A DNA stretch of 64,000 nt from NCBI GenBank assembly GCA_963782605.1, contig CAWAKK010000005.1, positions 13,080 through 77,079 of the forward strand, written 5' to 3'. Of the stretch, positions 29,665 to 38,142 are shown piece after piece. The notes under the pieces were generated by a model, which was not told where the DNA came from, did not search any database, and saw nothing but the letters and a program-made list of their open reading frames with translations. The DNA is from an uncultured Solirubrobacterales bacterium. GTDB lineage: Bacteria > Actinomycetota > Thermoleophilia > Solirubrobacterales > 70-9. A program made the translations under genes and the position numbers. The stretch's first letter is position 1, and the number at the start of each line of letters is the position of its first letter.

Positions 29665-31742
29665 GCCCCGCGTCAGGCGGCGGCGGCGATCCGAGCGCCA
29701 AGGGGGGAGCTCCCGGCGGAGCGGGCGCGGTCCTCGGATTCCGGGTGATCCGGTATTCGGGCGTTCAGGGGGTCGCCCTGGTGATCAGCAACATGCTGCA
29801 GCTCGCGACGATCGGCGTCGTCGCCGGCTTCCTCGGGGCGGCCGATCTCGGGCGCTACAGCCTGCTCCTGTTTTTGGGTGCGCTGGTGACGATGGCCTTC
29901 GGCCTCGCGGTGAAGCCCGGCACGATCCGCCGCACCTTCGGAGGCGGGGACGAAGACGATGAGGACGATGACGATGATGAGGAGGAGGTCTCGGGCGCGC
30001 CGAAGCGCAGCCTCGGCGCTGGGCTCATGTGGTCGATCGTGCTTGGGCTGGCCGCGACGGCACTCGTCGTCGCGTTGCGGGAACCTATCTCCGACCTCTT
30101 GTTCGGAGGAGATGCGGACACTGCGCTCGTGCTCTGGGCCGGGCTTCTCGGCGGCACGGGGGTTCTGTTTCGGGTCGGCTCGATCTGTCTTTGGTTCGAG
30201 CGCCGCCCGAGCGCCTTCCTGATCGCCGAGGTGGCGCGGCCATTGGTGGGGCTGGCGCTGATGACCGCATTGCTCGTCGCCGGGGGTGGTCTCGCGGATG
30301 CCGTGGCGGGAGTCGCGGTCGGAACGGGGGTGGCAGCCCTGCTCACGGTGATCCTGTTGCGCGGCAGCTTCGTGCCGAACCTGTGGCCGAGCGAAGTGGT
30401 GCCGATCGTGAAGGCGGCGGGACGCAGGGTGCCGATCGTGAGCTCGCTGTGGACGGTTCAAAACGCTGATGTCTTTCTGCTCTCCCGAGCGGTGGACGCC
30501 ACCGACCTGGGCATCTATACGCTCGCGGCCAGGCTCGGGCTCGTGGTCTCGTTCCTGCCTCAGGGCTTCCGCGTGGCGATGCGTCCGCTGCGAAAGAGCG
30601 CAGTCTTCAGGGCGGTTCAGAAGGAGTACGGGCGACCCACCGCGAAGGGCCAGCTGCTCGCCTACTTCGTGCTCGTCTGCATCTCGTCGATCCTCATCAT
30701 GGTGCTCGCCGGCGAGCTGATCGTGAGCCTGGCCCCTCCGGAGTTCGCCGATGCCGCGCCGCTGGTGCCGCTGACGGCAACCGCGCTGATCATGCCTCCG
30801 CTCTGGCGCACTATGAACGGCCAGACGAACTGGCCCAGCAAGTCCCGCGCGACGTTCGTCGCCGGCACCGTCGGAGCGGCGCTGGTCTTCATCGGCCTCT
30901 GCCTTGTCCTCGCACCGGAGATCGGGATCTACGCCCCGCCGGTGGCGATGCTGGTCGCCTTCGTCCCGCCGATCTCATATTTCTTCATCCGCTGCCAGCT
31001 GGGGCCCACGCCGATCGATTTCCCCTACGGCGAGGTCCTGCGCGGGCTCTTGATCGCAGTCGTCATCGGCGGGGGTTTCTTTGCGCTCCCGAGCTTCAAC
31101 CCGGTTCTGGAGGCGTTGGCGATCATCGTCCTGCTCGGCCTCTACGTGTCGCTCCTGTTCGTTTTTCGCGTCGTCCCCGAGAGCCATTGGCCGGCGATCA
31201 CTCAGATGGCCGGGTCCGTCATCTCGGGGCGCGGCGATCGGGTGAATCCCAGGCTCGGGCTGCGCTCGATCGATCCGGGTGATCGCGCCGAGCTGAGGTT
31301 GGCGATCACCGAGCGATTGCCGCCCGAGGCGCTCGCCGCGCCCGCGACCCGAGCGGACCCGGCGCCTCGCGACGAGGCCACGGAGTTGGAGCTGACGGAG
31401 GGGGCGCGCTTGGTGCGGGTGCTGCGACTCGCGGGCCGCAACGGTGGCGCTCCTGTGAGGAAGCGCTCCCGCCTCGATGGTGGCGTCGCGGAGTTCCTGT
31501 TCGCCGACGAGCCCATCGCCGTCCGCAACGCATCGATGCGGGCGCTGCTCGACCAGGGAGCGAGCGCCGACGACCTCCGAGGCCTCGAGGATCTGGTCGA
31601 GCACCTGGCAAAGGTTCCCCCAGAAGCCTGGGAGGGCGCCGCGCTCTCAGAGAGCCCACCCCGCACACGCCGGCTACGGGCGGGACGCCGCGCCCGCCAG
31701 ACCCTGGCGAAGACCGCCAAGTCGATCGGCAAGCGGATCTAG
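29661..31742 (+). CDS. MOP/Wzx-type polysaccharide flippase-like membrane protein with acidic loop and long C-terminal extension
   Basis: ATGA overlap; ATG 29661 in the frame of track ORF 28866. At least 12 hydrophobic segments. Loop GGGDEDDEDDDDDEEEVSG. The last ~190 aa are non-hydrophobic and Arg/Ala-rich. Confidence 0.6.
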   Translation: MSPASGGGGDPSAKGGAPGGAGAVLGFRVIRYSGVQGVALVISNMLQLATIGVVAGFLGAADLGRYSLLLFLGALVTMAFGLAVKPGTIRRTFGGGDEDDEDDDDDEEEVSGAPKRSLGAGLMWSIVLGLAATALVVALREPISDLLFGGDADTALVLWAGLLGGTGVLFRVGSICLWFERRPSAFLIAEVARPLVGLALMTALLVAGGGLADAVAGVAVGTGVAALLTVILLRGSFVPNLWPSEVVPIVKAAGRRVPIVSSLWTVQNADVFLLSRAVDATDLGIYTLAARLGLVVSFLPQGFRVAMRPLRKSAVFRAVQKEYGRPTAKGQLLAYFVLVCISSILIMVLAGELIVSLAPPEFADAAPLVPLTATALIMPPLWRTMNGQTNWPSKSRATFVAGTVGAALVFIGLCLVLAPEIGIYAPPVAMLVAFVPPISYFFIRCQLGPTPIDFPYGEVLRGLLIAVVIGGGFFALPSFNPVLEALAIIVLLGLYVSLLFVFRVVPESHWPAITQMAGSVISGRGDRVNPRLGLRSIDPGDRAELRLAITERLPPEALAAPATRADPAPRDEATELELTEGARLVRVLRLAGRNGGAPVRKRSRLDGGVAEFLFADEPIAVRNASMRALLDQGASADDLRGLEDLVEHLAKVPPEAWEGAALSESPPRTRRLRAGRRARQTLAKTAKSIGKRI

Positions 31743-31777
31743 GGCGTTCCGCTTTTGCGTCCCGGAGCGTGCCGTGG

Positions 31778-32380
31778 CTACTCGTCGCCGTCGGCGCGGC
31801 GGATGATGATCTGCTCGGGCTCGATCGTCACCGTGATACGGCGGTGGCCCTTCCAGTTTTCGGCGTAGACGGGGTCGCCCTCAACCGCCGGGTCGAGCCA
31901 GAGGCCGAAGCCCTCGTCCTTGCCGTGATCGAAGGTCGCCTCGAGCCCTGCGCCCGGCCGCTTTGGGCCGCGCCGGCGGCGACGACGGCGCTTCCGGCCA
32001 CCCTCCCGCGCCGGGCTCTCCCCGTCGGACTTGGCGGCCACCTCTTCTCGCTCGTCGGCTCCGCCTTCCTCCGCTTCCTCCGCTTCCTCCTCTTCCACCT
32101 CTTCCTCTTCCTCTTCCTCTTCCTCCATGGCGGCCTCGATCTCGGCCTCGATCTCGTCGCGGAGATCGCTGTCGTCGGGCTCGCCTTCTTCGGCGGAGAG
32201 GTTGTTGCGGCGGATGAAGTCGCGCAACTCGGAGGCGGAGACCTCGAGCTGATGAGCGATCCAGGCGTCGGTCCTGCCCTGGCGGACCCAGGCCCGGATC
32301 TGGTTCAGCTGTGAGCGCATCGGCTTGCGGGCCATGAGCGCGGAGATACTAGTGGAGGACCGGATGAGCTCCGGGGCCAT
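31778..32380 (-). CDS. hypothetical protein: N-terminal HTH-like segment, poly-Glu tract, poly-Arg tract, small C-terminal domain
   Basis: QLNQIRAWVRQGRTDAWIAHQLEVSASELRDFIRRNN, then EEEEEEEEEVEEEEAEEAEE, then RKRRRRRRRGPKRP. Start uncertain (Met codons at 32380, 32335, 32320). Confidence 0.55.
   Translation of the reverse strand: MAPELIRSSTSISALMARKPMRSQLNQIRAWVRQGRTDAWIAHQLEVSASELRDFIRRNNLSAEEGEPDDSDLRDEIEAEIEAAMEEEEEEEEEVEEEEAEEAEEGGADEREEVAAKSDGESPAREGGRKRRRRRRRGPKRPGAGLEATFDHGKDEGFGLWLDPAVEGDPVYAENWKGHRRITVTIEPEQIIIRRADGDE
32062..32127. repeat. triplet/hexamer microsatellite-like tract (CCGCTTCCT x2, then CTCTTC repeats) encoding the poly-Glu run
   Basis: Read directly: ccgcttcctccgcttcctcc ... 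cttcctcttcctcttcctcttcctcc. Confidence 0.8.
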
Positions 32381-32481
32381 GGTGGCGTCGGTTGTCGGTG
32401 GCGGTGACGGGATTCAGCGGCTACCCTGATTTCATCACGCCGCGATGGGGGCATCCGGCGGCAAACTCGAACGGAAGCGAG

Positions 32482-32721
32482 ATGCTGGTCCTTACCAGAA
32501 AGACCAATCAGAGCATCATGATCGGGGACGATGTCGAGGTAACCGTGCTCGCGGTTGCCCGCGACAAGATCCGCGTTGGGATCAACGCACCTCGGGACGT
32601 TCCGGTCTTCCGCAAGGAGGTCTGGCTCTCGATCCAAAACGAAGGTGGGACCCTGGACGGCGAGGGCGATCAGCGGGAAGCAGCCGTCGCCGCCATCAAG
32701 GAGATCGAGAAGGCTGAGTAG
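32482..32721 (+). CDS. csrA: carbon storage regulator CsrA (RNA-binding translational regulator)
   Basis: MLVLTRKTNQSIMIGDDVEVTVLAVARDKIRVGINAPRDVPVFRKEVW aligns by eye with E. coli and B. subtilis CsrA (MLILTRR / MLVLSRK ... GI.AP..... R.E). GGAAG lies 6 nt upstream of the ATG. Confidence 0.88.
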   Translation: MLVLTRKTNQSIMIGDDVEVTVLAVARDKIRVGINAPRDVPVFRKEVWLSIQNEGGTLDGEGDQREAAVAAIKEIEKAE

Positions 32722-32748
32722 CGTCGGTGATGTCGGTGCGCCGAGGCG

Positions 32749-32988
32749 CTAGGACATCAACCAGGCGAGCGTCTCGAACATCACCACGGTCACCGTGACG
32801 ACCGTGAGCGTTAGCGCTGCCAGGAGGGTTCCGAACGCGACCTTGCCGCGCTGCTCGGTGCGAGCGATGCGACGCGCACGGGAGCGGTTGACCGCTCGCT
32901 GCCGGAGCTGAACGCGACGCCGGCGCTCGAGAGCGGCCTCTTGCTCGAACGCGAGCTCGAACTGATTGAAGGTTTGCTGCATCCTCAT
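32749..32988 (-). CDS. small tail-anchored membrane protein, function unknown
   Basis: 79 aa. Arg-rich helical N-terminal part and a single C-terminal TM (FGTLLAALTLTVVTVTVVMF). Confidence 0.45.
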   Translation of the reverse strand: MRMQQTFNQFELAFEQEAALERRRRVQLRQRAVNRSRARRIARTEQRGKVAFGTLLAALTLTVVTVTVVMFETLAWLMS

Positions 32989-33067
32989 GGGGCGGGTTCG
33001 GGAAAGCTAGCAGACGCTCATATGGGAATCAGGCCTCGCTCATAAAGTGGCGCCCGATACGAGCCCC

Positions 33068-33628
33068 TTAGGGCTCACACGAGCCCCAGAGCCCGCGACC
33101 GGCATTGCCGGCCTGCTGTTCGAGGCGGTCGAAGAGCGTGGCGTGCTCGGTGTTGGGCGAGATCGCGAGCGTGCGGGCGAAGCCATCGCGGACCAGCTTC
33201 GCGTTGACGAACAGGTCGCCAACGTAGACGTAGGCAAGCAGGCGCCCGTACTGGTCGCGCCGCTCCTGATCGAACACGAGCACCACACGCTTTCCCTCGA
33301 CCAGGCGCCGGTTGAGCGCGCTGGCGCGCTCTCCGAAGCACTCCACCGGCTGGTCGGGCGCGACCGACTCCGGCGTGTCGATGCCGATGTAGCGCACATC
33401 CTTTATGCCGCCGGGCAGTGCCACCTCAACGGTGTCGCCGTCGACGACCCGCGTGACCGTCGCGGGAGTACGGCCGGGTTTGCCGCTTCCGCCCTCGCCT
33501 CCCTTGCCGCCACCGTCCCCGCCATCGCAGCCGTCCGTGAGGAGGAGGACGACGCCGAGCGCGAGCGCCACAATCGCGATCGGCCGCGGACTGCCTTTGC
33601 TCGCGAGCACTCGCCGAGCCTTCCACAT
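33068..33628 (-). CDS. secreted thermonuclease (staphylococcal nuclease, SNase-like)
   Basis: Signal/lipobox-like N-terminus (IVALALGVVLLLTDGC). VTRVVDGDTVEV, VRYIGIDTPE and DQYGRLLAYVYV SNase motifs. Confidence 0.85.
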   Translation of the reverse strand: MWKARRVLASKGSPRPIAIVALALGVVLLLTDGCDGGDGGGKGGEGGSGKPGRTPATVTRVVDGDTVEVALPGGIKDVRYIGIDTPESVAPDQPVECFGERASALNRRLVEGKRVVLVFDQERRDQYGRLLAYVYVGDLFVNAKLVRDGFARTLAISPNTEHATLFDRLEQQAGNAGRGLWGSCEP

Positions 33629-33696
33629 ACTCCGGAAGAGCTCACGGCATCGGCGTTTCGCCCCGCGGCACAGGTCCGCCGCGGAGCGTCCGAGGT

Positions 33697-34371
33697 TTAG
33701 GCGGGACGTTCGGCGGGGCGATCGTCGCGTCCGACGTTCTCCCGGCCAGCGCGGCGATCACCCGCCCGGTCGACGCGGCGGTGATACTGCTCGCCGGCCT
33801 TACCACCGGCGACCGCGGCCAGGAGCGTGGCGAGCACCAGAGCGATGAGCAGGATGATCCCGCCCGTAGTCGTGTCCTCGTCGATCGGGATGCGCGGGAG
33901 GTCGAGCCCCGCGAAGACGTTCCACTCATCGCCGGCAATGAGCCCGATCAGGGCGAGCACCACGGTGACGATGATCGCCCACATCCAGACGCCGAAGCCC
34001 TGACGAGCGCCATCGAACCGCGACATGCGCCCGGCAACGTACCCGCCTGCGAAATACGCGACGAGCGCGATCACAAGCAGGGCGATGCCGCTGGCCAACC
34101 CGATCGTGTCGGCGCTACCGATCGCCTCACCGGCGCTGTCCAGCTCTGAGATGGCGACGGCGGCGCCCGCAGCGCTCAGCAGCGCCGTGAGCAGCACGGC
34201 CATGCCCACTGCCACCAGCCAGCCGAAGAAGGCGGCTCCCCAGTTCAGTCCTCCGTAATGCTCGCGCTGGCGCTCCACCGGCGTCGCCCCGTGAGCGACG
34301 TCATCGTCGCGTCGGTCGTAGTCATCCCGCTCGCGCGTGGTCCGGCCGCGCAGCCTGTCCATGACAGCCAT
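33697..34371 (-). CDS. integral membrane protein, function unknown
   Basis: Charged N-terminus followed by four hydrophobic segments. No family recognised. Confidence 0.55.
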   Translation of the reverse strand: MAVMDRLRGRTTRERDDYDRRDDDVAHGATPVERQREHYGGLNWGAAFFGWLVAVGMAVLLTALLSAAGAAVAISELDSAGEAIGSADTIGLASGIALLVIALVAYFAGGYVAGRMSRFDGARQGFGVWMWAIIVTVVLALIGLIAGDEWNVFAGLDLPRIPIDEDTTTGGIILLIALVLATLLAAVAGGKAGEQYHRRVDRAGDRRAGRENVGRDDRPAERPA

Positions 34372-34467
34372 CTGTTCTCCCTTCGGGCTTCCCCGTCCGG
34401 GTGACGGTTGCCCCGCGCCGGGCTGGGCAAACCCGCGTTAACGCAGGGGCAACAAAGAGGCTTTGCG

Positions 34468-35388
34468 CTAGGGGATGCGCGAGACGTTCGAGAGCATGAG
34501 CTCCTTGATCTGGTCGATCATCTCAACGGCCTCGCTCCATTCGCGCTGCCAGACGTTGCGTCCGTAGATGACGCCCGAGCCGCCGGCCCCCATGATGAAC
34601 CGGGTCTGCTCGAGCAGTTGCTCGTCGTCGATCCTCGAGCCGCCCGAGAGCACGACCAGCGAGCGACCGGCGGATTCGACGACGCTGCGGATCGCGTCCT
34701 CTTGGGAGACGTCCATCTCGTTGTATGGGTCTGGGGTGAGCTTGTCCTTGTCAGGGTCGATCTTCGGCATATTCAGCTTGACCACGTCGGCACCCATCTC
34801 CATCGCCATCCTCGCCGCGTAGTCGATCGCGTAGAGGGTGTGCTGCCCGCCCTTCTCGTCGAGCGCGGACCCGCGTGGGTAGGCCCAGACGACGAGCGGC
34901 ATCCCGTAGCGGTCGCAGTCCTGGCGCACCTGGCGGAGCTGTTCGAGGTCCGTGTCCTGGCGCGGCGAGCCGACGTAGAGCGTGTAACCGACGGCGTCCG
35001 CGCCGAGGCGGACCGCGTCTTCGACGGAGGCGTTGCAGGTCGAGAGGGCATCGCCGGATGGCGGGATGTCCGTCTTGCCGTTGACCTTGAGGAGCAGCGG
35101 GACCTGGCCGGCGTAGTCGGGGTAGTACTTGGTTGCGAGGCCGATCTGGCAGGCGATCGCCGAGTAACCCGCCTCGGCCGCGAGCCGGAATTGATATTCG
35201 GGATCCTTCGAGTCCGGGTTCGGGAAGAAGTCCCGCGGGCCGTGCTCGATGCCCTGGTCGATGGGGAGGAACAGCAGGGTTCCGTTCCCTGGCCCGAACT
35301 CGAACAGGAGCCGGCGCAGACGGGTGCGCTTGCCGGGGGCGAGGGTGTCGAGGAGTGACTTCTGCTCTGTGGCTGCTTTGATCTCCAT
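34468..35388 (-). CDS. class I (DhnA/FbaB/LsrF-type) aldolase
   Basis: LFLPIDQGIEHGP and ADVVKLNMPK (Schiff-base Lys region), typical of the DeoC/FbaB family. Confidence 0.8.
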   Translation of the reverse strand: MEIKAATEQKSLLDTLAPGKRTRLRRLLFEFGPGNGTLLFLPIDQGIEHGPRDFFPNPDSKDPEYQFRLAAEAGYSAIACQIGLATKYYPDYAGQVPLLLKVNGKTDIPPSGDALSTCNASVEDAVRLGADAVGYTLYVGSPRQDTDLEQLRQVRQDCDRYGMPLVVWAYPRGSALDEKGGQHTLYAIDYAARMAMEMGADVVKLNMPKIDPDKDKLTPDPYNEMDVSQEDAIRSVVESAGRSLVVLSGGSRIDDEQLLEQTRFIMGAGGSGVIYGRNVWQREWSEAVEMIDQIKELMLSNVSRIP

Positions 35389-35476
35389 GGCCGGAGGGTA
35401 CCCGCCCGCAGGCGCCTATAGCATCCGCGTTCGCCGTTGGCCCGGAGGCCTGACGGCACCCTCCAGAGGCCACGCC

Positions 35477-36589
35477 GTGATCGAGCACAATTTCACAGGC
35501 CCCCCCTTCACGATCGGCGTGGAGGAGGAGCTCATGATCCTCGACGGCGAGACCCACGACCTCGCACAGGGCATCGACACGATCCTCGACGCCGTGCCCG
35601 ATGACCTCACGGGCTGGGTCAAGCCGGAGCTGATGCAGTCCGTGCTCGAGATCGCCACGACACCCTGCGACGACCTCTCCTGCGCGATCACGGAGCTCAC
35701 GAACCTGCGGCGCTGCGTGGGCAGCCTCGCCGAGGAGAACGGCATGGAGATCGGTGCCGCGGGCACGCACCCGTTCGCGCAGCCGGAGGATCAGCTCATC
35801 ACCGATCGCCCCCGCTACAAGGCGCTGGCCGAGGAGCTCGGCTTCATCGCTCGCCAGGAGATCATCTTCGGCACCCATGTGCACGTGGCGATCGAGGGGC
35901 CCGATCGGGCGATCTACGTCGCCGACGGGATTCGCCGCTACCTGCCGATGTTCCTCGCGATCTCCGTGAACTCGCCCTTCTGGCGGGGGCACGAGACGCA
36001 CATGATGTCGGCGCGCACCCCGATCTTCCGCGCCTTCCCTCGGATCGGCATCCCTCCCCACTACGGCACGTGGGACATCTACTCCCACCGGGTCGAGATG
36101 ATGATGCGTGCGGGCGCGATCGAGGACTACACGTACATGTGGTGGGACGTTCGTCCGCATCCCCAGCTCGGCACCGTCGAGACCCGTATCTTCGACCAGC
36201 CAACCCGGCTCGAGCACACGATCGCGATGTCGGCCCTGACGCTGGCGCTGGCGCACCGCCTCTGCCGCCAGTACGACGAGGAGGAGCCGTTGGTCGAGCT
36301 CCCCACCGAGCTGATCGACGACAACAAGGTCCGCGCTGCGCTGCGCGGCATGGAGGGCGAGCTGGTGGACTTCCGGGCGGGCCGCCGGGTGCCAGCGCCC
36401 GAGATGGTCCACCGCGTCGTGGACGAGGTCCGCGAGGACGCGGAGGCGCTGGGTTGCGATCGCGAGCTCGAGGGCATCGAGGATCTGCTCGCCAACGGCA
36501 CCGGGGCGCGGCGCCAGCTCGACCTGTGGGACGGCGGCGAGGACCTGACCCCGGTGACGCGAGACATCGTGGAGCAGACGAAGGTCTAG
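35477..36589 (+). CDS. carboxylate-amine ligase (glutamate-cysteine ligase family 2, YbdK-like)
   Basis: GTG 35477 in the frame of track ORF 35249. FTIGVEEELMILD N-terminal signature and HVHVAI motif. Confidence 0.85.
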   Translation: MIEHNFTGPPFTIGVEEELMILDGETHDLAQGIDTILDAVPDDLTGWVKPELMQSVLEIATTPCDDLSCAITELTNLRRCVGSLAEENGMEIGAAGTHPFAQPEDQLITDRPRYKALAEELGFIARQEIIFGTHVHVAIEGPDRAIYVADGIRRYLPMFLAISVNSPFWRGHETHMMSARTPIFRAFPRIGIPPHYGTWDIYSHRVEMMMRAGAIEDYTYMWWDVRPHPQLGTVETRIFDQPTRLEHTIAMSALTLALAHRLCRQYDEEEPLVELPTELIDDNKVRAALRGMEGELVDFRAGRRVPAPEMVHRVVDEVREDAEALGCDRELEGIEDLLANGTGARRQLDLWDGGEDLTPVTRDIVEQTKV

Positions 36590-36672
36590 GCACCCTATCC
36601 GGCGCGTTGTTCCACCATATGTGGAGGAAAGTGCCATCTTCGAGCGCCAGACCCCTCCCGTAAGCTCATCTC

Positions 36673-37473
36673 GTGGAGTCACCGCCTGAGCTGAGCGTCG
36701 TCTGCAAGAACTGCGGCTCGGAAGTAAGCCCGTACGTGACGGAGTGCCCCTACTGCGGCACGCGGCTTCGCAAGCGGGCGCCAAAGCTCGAGCGCCATGG
36801 GGACGAACTCACGGCTCGCGAGACTCTGCGGGACCGCCGCCGCCGCAAGGCGGCGGAAAAGCGCGAGCGCCGCGCGCCAGAGGACCATTTCTACGATGAG
36901 CGGCGACCGTGGGTCACGATCGTGGCGATCCTGGCACCGGCGATCGTCCTCATCGTCGAACGCGCATCGAACCTCACCGTGGTTGATCTCGGGGCGATCG
37001 TGGATCCGGTCGGCAACGAGGCGTGGCGCTACTTCGCAGCGCCCTTCATCTACGACGACACCGGCTACCTGTTCGTCTGCTGCCTGGCGTTCGCCATCTT
37101 CCTGCCGCCCGTCGAGCGGCGGCTCGGCATGATCCCGGCGGCCATGCTGGTCCTCGCGAGTGGCGCGCTCGGCGCCCTGGCGGCCTCCGGCCTCGAGTCC
37201 GCGTTCGGCGATGGCTTTCCCCTGACCGCCGGCGGCAACGGGATCGCGCTCGGCGTCCTCGCCACATGGCTCGTGCTGCGCGACGCTGACCACCGGGCCG
37301 ATCCGACGGACGAGTACGACCGGATCGCCGTCGGCATCGCCGCCGCGGTGCTCCTGCTGCTGCCGCTCGTCGAGGACCTCGCCTCTCCCTGGGCCGGGCT
37401 CGCCGGCGGACTGGTGGGTCTGGGGTGCGGGCTCGGCGCCGCCCTCGGGCGCGGAAGGAGCGCGGCGGGGTGA
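36673..37473 (+). CDS. rhomboid-fold membrane protein with N-terminal zinc ribbon; catalytic Ser/His apparently absent
   Basis: CKNCGSEVSPYVTECPYCGTRLRK. WRYFAAPF aligns with GlpG WRYFTHAL. GGNGIALG sits where GxSG is expected, and AGLAGGLVGLG where AHxxG is expected. Confidence 0.7.
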   Translation: MESPPELSVVCKNCGSEVSPYVTECPYCGTRLRKRAPKLERHGDELTARETLRDRRRRKAAEKRERRAPEDHFYDERRPWVTIVAILAPAIVLIVERASNLTVVDLGAIVDPVGNEAWRYFAAPFIYDDTGYLFVCCLAFAIFLPPVERRLGMIPAAMLVLASGALGALAASGLESAFGDGFPLTAGGNGIALGVLATWLVLRDADHRADPTDEYDRIAVGIAAAVLLLLPLVEDLASPWAGLAGGLVGLGCGLGAALGRGRSAAG

Positions 37474-38135
37474 GCAAGTTCACCGTCATGGACGACGAGC
37501 TCCACGCCTACATGGTCGATCGAGGCTCCCGCCAGGACGAGGCGCTGCGCCGCATCCAGGCGGAGACCGATGCAATGGGCGACATCGCGGTGATGCAGAT
37601 CGCCCCCGACCAGGGCGCGTTCATGACGCTGATCACGCGCGCGATCGGCGCTCGTGAAGCCCTCGAGCTTGGAACCTTCACCGGCTACTCGGCCATCTGC
37701 ATCGCGCGAGGTCTGGCGCCTGGCGGGCGCCTCATCTGCTGCGAGCTGAGCGAGGAGTACGCGGAGACGGCGGCCGCCAACTTCGAGGCCGCGGGCGTCG
37801 CCGATCGGATCGAGATCCGTATCGGGCCCGCCCTCGAAACGGTGCGCGCTCTGCCTGAGCGCGAGGCTTTCGACCTCGCCTTCATCGACGCGGACAAGAC
37901 GAACTATCCCGCCTACTACGAGGAGTGCCTGGTGCGAATCCGTTCCGGTGGGCTCATCCTCGTCGACAACGTGCTCGGCGCTGGCCGCGTGCTGCACCCC
38001 GACGATCTGGAGGAGGAATCGGCCGGCCACGTGGCCGCAATCAGCGAGCTGAACGACCGCATCCGTGATGACGATCGCGTGGACATCGCCATGGTCGGCA
38101 TCGCTGATGGGCTGACGATCGCGCGCAAGCGCTGA
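37470..38135 (+). CDS. class I SAM-dependent O-methyltransferase (caffeoyl-CoA OMT-like, Methyltransf_3)
   Basis: GTGA overlap, with GGAAGGAG upstream. ALELGTFTGYSAICIARGL and FDLAFIDADKTNYPAYYE motifs. Confidence 0.85.
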   Translation: MSKFTVMDDELHAYMVDRGSRQDEALRRIQAETDAMGDIAVMQIAPDQGAFMTLITRAIGAREALELGTFTGYSAICIARGLAPGGRLICCELSEEYAETAAANFEAAGVADRIEIRIGPALETVRALPEREAFDLAFIDADKTNYPAYYEECLVRIRSGGLILVDNVLGAGRVLHPDDLEEESAGHVAAISELNDRIRDDDRVDIAMVGIADGLTIARKR

Positions 38136-38142
38136 GCCGGGC

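Noticed and set aside
31769-32314. 181-aa plus-strand ORF rich in Leu/Phe
   Set aside because: It is an artefact of reading the CTC/TTC repeat antisense to the poly-Glu gene.
34407-34453. Inverted repeat GTTGCCCC ... GGGGCAAC downstream of the aldolase gene as a terminator
   Set aside because: The stem is only 8 bp, the loop is ~31 nt and there is no U-tract. This is too weak to annotate.
34751-36784. 677-aa minus-strand ORF
   Set aside because: It spans the aldolase gene in another frame and the antisense of the YbdK-like gene. It has no motifs and extreme Arg/Pro/Gly content.
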